From: Promethearchaeota archaeon
Lineage (GTDB): Archaea > Asgardarchaeota > Lokiarchaeia > Sigyniarchaeales > SOKP01
DNA length: 64,000 nucleotides
Direction: 5' to 3'
NCBI GenBank assembly: GCA_048938005.1
Contig: JBHLMQ010000003.1
Coordinates: 96,001 to 160,000, forward strand
Program-made: the position numbers and the translations under genes
In this document: positions 31,271-40,380 of the stretch, piece after piece
Layout of the letters: each line of letters begins with the position of its first letter
Numbering within the stretch: position 1 is the first letter of the stretch
Notes under the pieces: model-generated
What the model was told of the DNA's origin: nothing
Seen by the model: the letters and a program-made list of their open reading frames with translations, nothing else
The model's database searches: none

Positions 31271-32752
31271 TTAGATCATCTCCTCACTAGAAATTAAACC
31301 CACAACCTTATTATTCTCATCAATAACTGGTAGGGCAGAAATATCATATTCTTTCATTTTTCTGGCAGCATTACTGATTGGTTCATCATCATATGTAGTA
31401 ATTACGCGTTTAGTAATAATAGATTTTAATTCATGTTTATCTTCAGCAATAGCTTTTGTAATATCGAAACTTGTAACAATCCCTTTTAAATTATTTTCTT
31501 TATCAATAATAACTACATGGTTAATGTTTTCATTTATGATCTTTCGAGCAACAGTCTTAATGTCGCAATCTTCATAACATATCTCTGCTTTCTTTTTCAA
31601 ATCTTTTACGAATTTTAACTCTGTCGTTTGTTTCATTGGTTTAAAGATTGTATCCGCAGGCAACGTCTCTGCGGGGTGGTTTAGGTAAAATTTTCCTTCT
31701 TGTATCCACTTTTTAAGAGTTTCAGCGATTTTACGAGCATAGAATAGGGAAGATAGCGAAGAACATTTTAATTTTTTGCCATTTAGTTCGATAAATCCAC
31801 TTTTTAACTCCTTATAATTTACTTGTTTAAGAATTGGTCTGTTTCTTCTTGGCACTCCATAATCCACAACGTCAGTTAAAATATCTTCATCTCTAATAGC
31901 AGTTTTTTTAGCTAAATCTTCATTTAAAATTGGAATTGGGATTCCAACACCTACAAACATTGATGTTCCATACTTTTCATAGGTTACACCACGTAAAAAT
32001 TCCGGATTCATTTGCTTTAAATCTCCTTTAAGAAACAATGACCCAAATCTATTTTGGGGGCTATGTTGAGTGCCTTCTCCCATAACATATCCAATACCTC
32101 CACCCAAAAATATTCTAGTACCTATTCCGATAGTTTCATAGTTAGGATCATTATTCAATGGACTCAAACAACCTGCTCCCGCATAATGGGCATTCCCAAA
32201 ATGAGGTAATAAAGTTCCCATATATGTATAGAGAATCCTATCTGAACTATTTACTGCACATACATATCTCTGATATGCATTTCTTGGATTACAGAGGATC
32301 GCTTGGTTAATATCATCAATAGTAAATTCAGTATCTATCTCCGCGAGAGGATAACAATCTGTAGTGTAAGAGTTACCTCTCAATCTTATTGGCTTCCCAG
32401 AAACAAGATCTTCAATAACATGCCCACCACCATATTCAAATGGACGAACATCAGCCATTCTTGTGCATCCTATATAACAATCTACTGCTGCATTACCATG
32501 ATAGGCATGAACATCATTTAACCATAGATGTTCAAATTTTATAGGCGGATCAGAATGACCAAAATTCAAGAAAGCACCACTTGAACACATAGACCCAAAA
32601 GTACCAGTAGTTACTACATCAATCTCATCAGCTGCCACCTTGATTCCCTTCTCCTCTACGACATTTATCATTTCTTCCGCTGTAACTACCACAACATTAC
32701 CATTCTTAATCTTTTCATTAATTTCATTGTATGTTTTTGGCAAAAAATTCAC
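31271..32752 (-). CDS. Homocysteine biosynthesis protein (DUF39 + CBS; L-aspartate semialdehyde sulfurtransferase type)
   Basis: DVVTTGTFGSMCSSGA, YGGGHVIEDL, NPRNAYQ, DPNYETIGIGTRIFLGG; C-terminal CBS pair. Confidence 0.9.
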   Translation of the reverse strand: MNFLPKTYNEINEKIKNGNVVVVTAEEMINVVEEKGIKVAADEIDVVTTGTFGSMCSSGAFLNFGHSDPPIKFEHLWLNDVHAYHGNAAVDCYIGCTRMADVRPFEYGGGHVIEDLVSGKPIRLRGNSYTTDCYPLAEIDTEFTIDDINQAILCNPRNAYQRYVCAVNSSDRILYTYMGTLLPHFGNAHYAGAGCLSPLNNDPNYETIGIGTRIFLGGGIGYVMGEGTQHSPQNRFGSLFLKGDLKQMNPEFLRGVTYEKYGTSMFVGVGIPIPILNEDLAKKTAIRDEDILTDVVDYGVPRRNRPILKQVNYKELKSGFIELNGKKLKCSSLSSLFYARKIAETLKKWIQEGKFYLNHPAETLPADTIFKPMKQTTELKFVKDLKKKAEICYEDCDIKTVARKIINENINHVVIIDKENNLKGIVTSFDITKAIAEDKHELKSIITKRVITTYDDEPISNAARKMKEYDISALPVIDENNKVVGLISSEEMI

Positions 32753-32919
32753 TATTTTTTTACTTTTATAATATTATTGATTGTAATTAATACATTAAAA
32801 ATATGCAAATTTAAAAATATAGGCTCCTTAAATATTCATTAAATGCATAAAAAATGCATTAACATAATATTTTAATTATAATATAAAGGCAAAATGAGAT
32901 TTAGGAATCATTTTTATCT

Positions 32920-33876
32920 TTGAAATATTTTTTACAATTATTTCCTAAATTAGATGAAATATGCATGGGTCGAAAAAATCTCAACTCCATCTCTTCTAAA
33001 CGGGATATAATTGCCATATTCTTATTGATTCTTACTACCGTTCTTTGGGGTACATCATTTATTATTACTAAAAATATAACTCAAGAGGTCCCGATTTTTC
33101 TTTATCTCGGTCTTAGATTCTTAATTGCTTTTCTTGGATTTATTCCTTTTTTTCCACGTTTAAAAAATCTGAATAAAAAGATCTTTATTATGGGCTTAAT
33201 AACGGGAATGTTTTATTTCATTGGGATTGTTTTTCAAACTTATGGTCTTCAATTTCAATCTACGACTGCAGGAAAAGCGGGGTTTATCACAGGATTAAGT
33301 ACTGTTATTGTTCCCTTCTTAACATGGATTGGATTTAAAAAACGACCTCAAATTAGAGTTTGGTTAGCGGTAATATTATCAGTTGTCGGTATGGCGTTTT
33401 TATTATTGGAAGGTGAATCAGGATTCATCATTGGAGATATTTTTGTATTAATTTGTGCATTTTTCTTTGCACTTTATATCGTTTTAAATGATAAATATGT
33501 TCGGCTCACTGATATCTATCTTTATTCTATTATTCAAGTTTTAATGATTTCAGCATCAAGTTTTATTTGTTCTTTACTTTTTAGAGAGAAATATGATTTA
33601 TTGGCCTATCCTTTACCTTTTTGGATCGTAATGATTTATATGGGTATTGCCGTAATGACACTAACTATTATCTTTCAAAATTGGGCTCAACAATACCAAG
33701 GACCAACCCAAACAGCAATAATTTTTACCCTTGAACCTGTATTTGCAGCTCTATTCGGATTCTTTATTGGGAATGAAATGTTTTCATTATTTGGGTGGGT
33801 TGGTTGTGTGCTTATTTTTGCTGCAATTCTGATCACAGTTTTAAAACGCACAAATAATGTTGAAAAAAACAAGTAA
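32920..33876 (+). CDS. DMT/EamA family transporter (likely start at ATG 32965)
   Basis: LWGTSF, LRF, TAGKAGFITGL, IFTLEPVFA. Confidence 0.88.
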   Translation: MKYFLQLFPKLDEICMGRKNLNSISSKRDIIAIFLLILTTVLWGTSFIITKNITQEVPIFLYLGLRFLIAFLGFIPFFPRLKNLNKKIFIMGLITGMFYFIGIVFQTYGLQFQSTTAGKAGFITGLSTVIVPFLTWIGFKKRPQIRVWLAVILSVVGMAFLLLEGESGFIIGDIFVLICAFFFALYIVLNDKYVRLTDIYLYSIIQVLMISASSFICSLLFREKYDLLAYPLPFWIVMIYMGIAVMTLTIIFQNWAQQYQGPTQTAIIFTLEPVFAALFGFFIGNEMFSLFGWVGCVLIFAAILITVLKRTNNVEKNK

Positions 33877-34117
33877 AAATTATTTCGAATATATCAAAGA
33901 GTTTAAATTTTTATAAGCGTCTTACTTTAACACATCAAAAAAAGGTCGAAAAACTTAATACGTACGGAAATCCAAAAATTTTTACTTAACGATCTATTTA
34001 AATAAATATATCTTTATATTATAAATAAGGGTTGTTTCTTGGCAAATTACTCTTTTATTAGGTAAAAAAATATAATGAACTTTAAGTTATTATAATCAAA
34101 CACTTGTGATATGATAC

Positions 34118-34276
34118 ATGACCGTCCGTAAATTAAAACCAAAAGATCTAATCCTATGTGAAAAGTGCGGGAATGTAATGATCACGAGAAAAATTCGTAC
34201 TAATAATTCTAACAAAATTGAATTCCAAAAAGTTTTACAGTGCATTGTTTGCAGATATTGGGTGGCTGTAGAGTAA
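34118..34276 (+). CDS. 52-aa zinc-ribbon microprotein (not in the ORF track)
   Basis: Manual translation MTVRKLKPKDLILCEKCGNVMITRKIRTNNSNKIEFQKVLQCIVCRYWVAVE*; CxxCG...CxxC. Confidence 0.7.
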   Translation: MTVRKLKPKDLILCEKCGNVMITRKIRTNNSNKIEFQKVLQCIVCRYWVAVE

Positions 34277-34489
34277 TTATGTTTTATAATCTTCAAGCTT
34301 GAGCGATATAAACTCATTTATTATGAATGTCTTTACAGGCATTTTTCCCTAATATTGTTAAGATTTCTCATAAATATAAATCTTTAGCTCCCTTCATATT
34401 CAGATTATATGTTTTCATTTTTCCGTTATATTAGAACATAAATAAAATATAATAATATGATTTTTATATCAAAAAAATCTAATATTGTA

Positions 34490-34664
34490 TAGGAAGGGAA
34501 GTCTTTAGATAATCTGCTGCGTAACATTGGATACATGAATTACGTCCCCTTTTTAGGGTACCGTCGATTCGACACCTGCCAAAATTCGCCCTCTATTAAA
34601 CTCTTTGAGTTTAATTCTCTCCCTGATTTTAAAATTTCCGCGCAGATTTCTTTTCCCTTACCTT
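34490..34664. ncRNA. Putative structured non-coding RNA, family not recognised
   Basis: GC-enriched island without a long ORF. The ends pair (AGGAAGGGAA...AATCTGC with GCAGATT...TTCCCTTACCT) and enclose the hairpins CCCT-TTT-TAGGG, GTCG-ATT-CGAC and ATTAAACTC-TTT-GAGTTTAAT. Confidence 0.45.
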
Positions 34665-34761
34665 TTCTTTAATTCTTTTGTTAGGGATAATAATCATGAT
34701 TTTTAGGTGTAAAATGCGTCTAATTTTAATTATCGTATTTGGGTTATCACATAAACTAATT

Positions 34762-35568
34762 TTATTTTAAAAGTTCTCTAATATTTATTTTCAAACCATC
34801 TTCAGCAGCAATAATGTTTTTTATATTTGTGTTTTCTTGAAGTTTTTTTACTTGACTGGGAACAAAATTTTTTGTCATTCGAGGACTATCCATTAATGAA
34901 CCAAAATGTGTAATGATAAGACTCTCAAGAGGGGGGTAAATCTTGTTTAGATATGGGATAACTTCATCAGTACATAAATGCCTTCTACATACTTTTGAGT
35001 CTGGTCGCAGAAGGTTAAGGATTAAAATATTGACACCAGAAAATTCTTCAGAAAAATCATCATATACCATTGTGTCACTTGTAAAAGCTATAGAATAATT
35101 TTTAAGGTTAAATTTAATGCCAAATCCTTCATTATAAGGTGAATGAACGACTTTAGTACCATTAATTTCTACACCTTTATAATTGAATATATCTCCTGCT
35201 TTAAATTTCACTATCTCCTCAAGCATGTTAAGATGATAATCTGAAATATACTTAAGAACTTCAATCGTAGTAATTAGTGTGCCTTTTTTATAGTAATTAT
35301 AATTTCTATCGTGTAAAATTTCTCTTGAACTTTCAATTATAGCACTTAAATCACTATAATGGTCAACATGAGCATGAGTTACAAAAAAAAGTTCTGTTTT
35401 TACCGGATCTTGTTGAAATTGGTTAATTCTTACAATTGCACCAGGTCCCGGATCTATATGTGATTGAATTCCATTGAATTTGTAAAGAATACCTCCTGTG
35501 GCTCTATATTGAGTTCTAACATGATGCCGTCCACCACCAGAGCCTAATATAACAATTTCATCTTCCAT
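34762..35568 (-). CDS. Metallo-beta-lactamase-fold hydrolase (archaeal PhnP/RNase Z-like)
   Basis: LGSGGGR, IDPGPG, THAHVDH, TSDT, ITHFG. Confidence 0.85.
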   Translation of the reverse strand: MEDEIVILGSGGGRHHVRTQYRATGGILYKFNGIQSHIDPGPGAIVRINQFQQDPVKTELFFVTHAHVDHYSDLSAIIESSREILHDRNYNYYKKGTLITTIEVLKYISDYHLNMLEEIVKFKAGDIFNYKGVEINGTKVVHSPYNEGFGIKFNLKNYSIAFTSDTMVYDDFSEEFSGVNILILNLLRPDSKVCRRHLCTDEVIPYLNKIYPPLESLIITHFGSLMDSPRMTKNFVPSQVKKLQENTNIKNIIAAEDGLKINIRELLK

Positions 35569-35596
35569 GATTCCTTTTTAAAAAGATTATTTTGAA

Positions 35597-36115
35597 TCAG
35601 TATTTATATGTTTCAGTTAATTTTTTTATGAGAATATCAAATGTTTTTTCGATATGATAACCTGTTTTTGAAGATGTCTTTATGTAGTCTATCATATTAA
35701 ATGTATTCTTTAAATGAAGAGCACTATCATCATCAACAGCAATTAAATCTTCTAGATCAAATTTTGTTCCTACAAGGAGGATTGGTAAGTTTATATCATG
35801 TAATCGAGCAATATTTACCCATTCTAATATATCCCTTATAAGAGGCATTCTTGTTAAATCAAATAAGAGAAGCGCTCCCCTTGCGCCCATTACAAAATTT
35901 TCAAGAAGATATCTGAATCGCTCTTGACCCCCTAAATCCCATAATTGTAATAGGCAATGAGCATTATCAAAATCTAGCTCTTTTATGAAGAAGTCTACTC
36001 CTACTGTCATTATAGTGCTTTCATCAAAAAAGCCATCAACGTATCTTCTTAGAAATGAAGTTTTACCAACTCCACCATTTCCAGTAAGAAGAATTTTGAA
36101 TATATAGTTTTTCAT
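35597..36115 (-). CDS. Rab-like small GTPase
   Basis: FKILLTGNGGVGKTS, TVGVDF, QLWDLGGQERF, GTKFD, TSSKTG; no C-terminal prenylation cysteines. Confidence 0.9.
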   Translation of the reverse strand: MKNYIFKILLTGNGGVGKTSFLRRYVDGFFDESTIMTVGVDFFIKELDFDNAHCLLQLWDLGGQERFRYLLENFVMGARGALLLFDLTRMPLIRDILEWVNIARLHDINLPILLVGTKFDLEDLIAVDDDSALHLKNTFNMIDYIKTSSKTGYHIEKTFDILIKKLTETYKY

Positions 36116-36200
36116 GTTTGAATGGGTAAACCTATAATATGTGATAAATGTAAAACCACTTATTTATTTTAATGCGTTAAAATTTATCTTAATTGAAATT

Positions 36201-38459
36201 TTAACTAGGATGAAGTTCTTTCATCAGAATTTCATCAATTTGGTTAAAAATAGGTTTTAATTTTTCATTTAACATATTTTGAATTTTAAATTTACTAAAA
36301 TCACTTTTAATGTTTTTAATAAAAGTGTTAATGTTCTGTATTGCCAGTACTTGACCTTTTTTTCCCAGTTCCGCTAATTTCCGATGGTTAGGATTATTGA
36401 TTTCAAACTTCTGAATAGGAATGTCGAGTGGAAGCTTAAAGATATGTCTTGAACTCTTCATAATTTTTACTTGATTTGTTATAAGGTGAGAATTTAGGAT
36501 AGCTGCTAAATAGAATGCCTCTTCTAGGTTTGCTGTGTCATAGAAAGATAAATCTCCTGTAATCAAGTAATCTCCTTGTATTACAGCGGAATTCAGTATA
36601 GAACCAGAATTATTGTAAACAACCTTGATTTTTGAAATTTGCCTTTGGTTAATTAACTTAGCCCATCGATTTAAATTTTCCATCAAAGAATTATGTTTTG
36701 TTGTTTCCTTTTTGTATTTAATATATAAATTATTGATTTTATCATAAAATAATTTAGCATGTTTATCCAATTTGTCATATTCAAAGATTAAGTCGGATTT
36801 TGAGAGCGGGAGAAAAACATTATAATAGTTATACACATGAAATTTAACTAACTCGGTGCTTTTAATTACTTTAAATATATATTTTATTTCAATAATATCA
36901 TCTTTAAATTCTCTTTTATCCCAAGGTGCTTTAGCTCTTCGAAAAATTCTCTCATCAGGATTGATTTTTACTAACCCCTCGCTAACATTATTAAATCTAA
37001 CAAATATCAGATTTCGTGGATTTAAGTCTGCTCCTTTATGAAAAAGTATTTTATAATGGCTTTGTTTAAGTGGTAAGAGATTTTTAAAGCTTTGTTTTGA
37101 AATAAGTTTTTTGATATATGTTTTTTCTCCTTTTTTTTCAATAGAATAAGGTATTAAGGTGTCTACTTTATCCAATTCCAATTCTATGTCTTCAAAATAA
37201 TCAATATTCTCCATTTCATTCTTTAAAGTAAAATGGTATGATTTAATCTCCTCGTTCGGATTTGCCCCTAAATTTTTTGATTTCTTCCCAAACAAACATA
37301 TAAAATCGATATTAAATATTCTCTCGATTTTTTTATCAAAAGTCCAAACTTTAATATCTGAAAATCCTTTAAAATTGCGGAATCTAGATGCATGGGAACC
37401 TGTAATAACTCCTTTTGTGATTACGAAAAAAATTTTAGCGTCTTCTTTCATGAAAGTTTTCTGCGCCTTAACAAAGAATATTGTAGATATTTCTAAATTA
37501 AGTAGATTCTTTGGAAGTGGCTTAATCTCTAATTGTTCTGCTAATTTTTTCATTTTTTCTTGATAATAAACAGATTCTATGTCATGAAATGTATACCACG
37601 GAGGATTTCCTATTATTAAATCAAATCTCCTATTAAAATTTTTGTCTTTTTGAAATAATGAATCGAACATATATAAATTCAATTTGATAGCAGAGATTTG
37701 ATCTTTCAATAGATACAATAAATTAATTTTTGAAATATAAATTGAAATTGGATTTATATCATAACCATATATCTTGTTTATTGCTGCAAATTTTTCTTCC
37801 ATAGGTTTATCTTGGGATAGAATAAATTTTACTACTTCAGTTAGGAAATTTCCTGAACCGCAGCAAGGATCAAGGATAGTTTCCCCAAATGAATAAGAAT
37901 CTTTAATCATCTGTTTTACTAAGAATGGAGGAGTATAGAACTCTCCAGATTTATGTCTAATAATTGGGGATAGAATTTTTTGAATAAGATAATCGAAAAA
38001 ATATTCTGGTGAAATCTCTAGGTTAAAAACATAATTAGACACATTTAAAATGAGAAAATAGAAAAAAGTTAGATCTTTTTTTTCAGAAAGAGAAAATAAT
38101 GGATTAAAATAATTAAAATCAAAAATTTTAAGGTCTTTATAATTGGATTTTACATTTTCTTCAACCTTTTTAAAATTTTTTAAGGAAATATTATGGTTCA
38201 GTAGAAAATTTTTATTGTGCAGAATAAATTTAGAAATAAAGACATACCCAACTAAGTGAATTAAAGCAAAAACAACATATAAGTGTAAATTAATCTGTTT
38301 TTTGCCATATATTCTTTCAAAATCTTTGCGCCATTCTTTAAACTCATTTTTGCTGTAAATTTCATTTCTAATTAATATATTTTCTATTTTTTTTAGATTC
38401 TCATTAATAAAAGTGAATTTAAAATCTATTTTATTATTTGGATTTAGTAGTATTGCCAA
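36201..38459 (-). CDS. N6-adenine DNA methyltransferase (type IIG/Eco57I-like MTase with target-recognition region)
   Basis: GEFYTP, LDPCCGSGNF (motif I), IIGNPPW (motif IV). Confidence 0.85.
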   Translation of the reverse strand: MAILLNPNNKIDFKFTFINENLKKIENILIRNEIYSKNEFKEWRKDFERIYGKKQINLHLYVVFALIHLVGYVFISKFILHNKNFLLNHNISLKNFKKVEENVKSNYKDLKIFDFNYFNPLFSLSEKKDLTFFYFLILNVSNYVFNLEISPEYFFDYLIQKILSPIIRHKSGEFYTPPFLVKQMIKDSYSFGETILDPCCGSGNFLTEVVKFILSQDKPMEEKFAAINKIYGYDINPISIYISKINLLYLLKDQISAIKLNLYMFDSLFQKDKNFNRRFDLIIGNPPWYTFHDIESVYYQEKMKKLAEQLEIKPLPKNLLNLEISTIFFVKAQKTFMKEDAKIFFVITKGVITGSHASRFRNFKGFSDIKVWTFDKKIERIFNIDFICLFGKKSKNLGANPNEEIKSYHFTLKNEMENIDYFEDIELELDKVDTLIPYSIEKKGEKTYIKKLISKQSFKNLLPLKQSHYKILFHKGADLNPRNLIFVRFNNVSEGLVKINPDERIFRRAKAPWDKREFKDDIIEIKYIFKVIKSTELVKFHVYNYYNVFLPLSKSDLIFEYDKLDKHAKLFYDKINNLYIKYKKETTKHNSLMENLNRWAKLINQRQISKIKVVYNNSGSILNSAVIQGDYLITGDLSFYDTANLEEAFYLAAILNSHLITNQVKIMKSSRHIFKLPLDIPIQKFEINNPNHRKLAELGKKGQVLAIQNINTFIKNIKSDFSKFKIQNMLNEKLKPIFNQIDEILMKELHPS

Positions 38460-38575
38460 AAATTCATACTCCTTTTTCTTTATAGCCTATCATAATCAAT
38501 GAATTAATATTTAAATATTAATTAAATATTTGTATATTAGTTATTAATCTAAAAATTAAGAGAATTTTTCTAGTT

Positions 38576-39172
38576 TTGACCATAACAGAGATTAAGATCT
38601 CTTCGATTCTTGAAAATGGGATTGAATTTTCCTGCCAAATGTGCGGTAAGTGCTGTAAGGGGTTCAACGAAGGAGAAGTTTATTTATATAAAGATGATAT
38701 TCTTAGACTAACTAAATTTTTAAATTTTAAAGGAAAGAATGGATTAAGAAAATTCGCTGAAAAATATTTAAAAGTTATTAATGACTCTTTTTTCTGGAAA
38801 GATCCAGGAGCACAGAGAGGAAAAACATACCGTTTTAAAACACTTGGATTCAAATTTACAGGAGAGGATGAGCATTGTCATTTTCTAAAAAATAACAAAT
38901 GTAGTGTTCATGTAGCCCGTCCCTTCCAATGTAGATCATTTCCCTTTTGGCAAATGATGGTGTCAAATAGAAAAAATTTTGAAGACTATACAAAAAAATG
39001 CAAAGGTTTACAGGTTTTAAAGGGTAAATATTATTCAAGGGATGACATATTAAATTGGGCGAAAGCAGAATACGAAATCGAGAAGAAATACTTTTTAGAA
39101 ATGAAGAAAAACAATTTTGACATTTTTAAAGTATACCCTTTTCTATCAAAAAAAATGCTTCAGAATAGTTAA
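38576..39172 (+). CDS. YkgJ-family Cys-cluster (CxxCxxCC) protein
   Basis: FSCQMCGKCC...CHFL...CSVHVARPFQCRSFPFW...C. Confidence 0.85.
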   Translation: MTITEIKISSILENGIEFSCQMCGKCCKGFNEGEVYLYKDDILRLTKFLNFKGKNGLRKFAEKYLKVINDSFFWKDPGAQRGKTYRFKTLGFKFTGEDEHCHFLKNNKCSVHVARPFQCRSFPFWQMMVSNRKNFEDYTKKCKGLQVLKGKYYSRDDILNWAKAEYEIEKKYFLEMKKNNFDIFKVYPFLSKKMLQNS

Positions 39173-39320
39173 AAATATAGAAAAACTGACCTTCTCATTA
39201 ATTTATGTTTTTATTTAAATAATTAAATAAAAAACTTAACCAACTGATTCTATTGGTTAATTCAATTAAAATAAAAAAAAAAATAGTTTAATGTTTTATT
39301 TAAAACGTCTAATTATTTTA

Positions 39321-40013
39321 TTAAAAGTCAAGCAGTCGCAAAATGAACGCAATTAATAAGACTTGACCTCCCCAACTTCCCCAATAATTAACAAGGGGGA
39401 TACCCAATGCAAAAGCAACAGAGGCGGAATATAAAGAAATCCATGCAAAGAACATAAATCCAATTATTAAGAGAACCCACCATTCATAAGGTATCTTAAT
39501 ATCAACAAAATCAAAGATTAATATTATCAAAATTATACATAAGATTAATCCAAAAAGACCTGCTAAGAAATAGTCAGTATCCCAGCCAAATGAAAGGGCG
39601 TAAAATAGTAAAATGCATTCATATATACCAAGAGCTGCACCTAGGAGTGCCATCATCTTATTTGCTTTCCATCCTTTCTTTCCACCGAAAAACTCAACTA
39701 ACCCTGCCATTATTGCGAGTGTTCCCGCCCAATATGACATAAAACTACCAAGATATCCAAAAATCAGAGTGACTGCACCAAGGATTACTAATAACCACCA
39801 GTAAAATGGAACTTTAATTGGTATCAAGTCCCACAATGCTAAACCCAAAAAGACATATAAAGCAAATACCAGTTCTAATATTCCGTAAAGAATTAGTAAC
39901 TCTGTACCGGGACCAACCGCCATGAAGTACATAACAGAATCAAAAAACCAGAATAGTACTGCTGACAAGGCAAGTATTACCATTCCAGATAATTCTCTTT
40001 TTTCTTCACCCAT
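39321..40013 (-). CDS. Integral membrane protein made of two homologous halves
   Basis: DLIPIKVPFYWWLLVILG versus DFVDIKIPYEWWVLLIIG. Confidence 0.7.
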   Translation of the reverse strand: MGEEKRELSGMVILALSAVLFWFFDSVMYFMAVGPGTELLILYGILELVFALYVFLGLALWDLIPIKVPFYWWLLVILGAVTLIFGYLGSFMSYWAGTLAIMAGLVEFFGGKKGWKANKMMALLGAALGIYECILLFYALSFGWDTDYFLAGLFGLILCIILIILIFDFVDIKIPYEWWVLLIIGFMFFAWISLYSASVAFALGIPLVNYWGSWGGQVLLIAFILRLLDF

Positions 40014-40380
40014 ATAAGAACACTTCTTTTTTTTTTAAATGTTTTTCAATTTTTTTTTCCAAATTGGAATTAGTTTAAAGTTATACTCCCCAGTTTAAAA
40101 AATTTTTCCTATTTTTTATTAGAAGCTTAATAGCATAATATTCCTTAAAATGAAAAATAAAATGAAATTTATATATAAATTTTAATTTTAAAATATCCCA
40201 GTTTTATCCCTAGAAAATTGTGTAGAGGAAAAAGAAGTTGAGACTGTTATTTCATTAGTTTTGTATATATGTCTAATTTATATTTTAATTTAAAATACTA
40301 ATATCTTATTTCTAAAAATAATCTCAACAATTATTAAAAAATTGACCTTATATTAATTAAAGAATAAAGACGAATTCTTT

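Noticed and set aside
31652-31677. Hairpin CCGCAG...CTGCGG in the DUF39 gene as a possible intron
   Set aside because: It encodes the expected linker (HPAETLPADTIFKPM), has no BHB bulges and does not disrupt the frame.
34543-34575. SECIS-like or tRNA/tmRNA-like reading of ATGA...GA and GATTCGAC
   Set aside because: Poor helix, no apical AA, no nearby in-frame TGA gene, and no cloverleaf can be built.
39236-39260. Inverted repeat TTAACCAA-N9-TTGGTTAA between convergent genes
   Set aside because: Short, AT-rich and single-copy; it could be a terminator but is not supportable.
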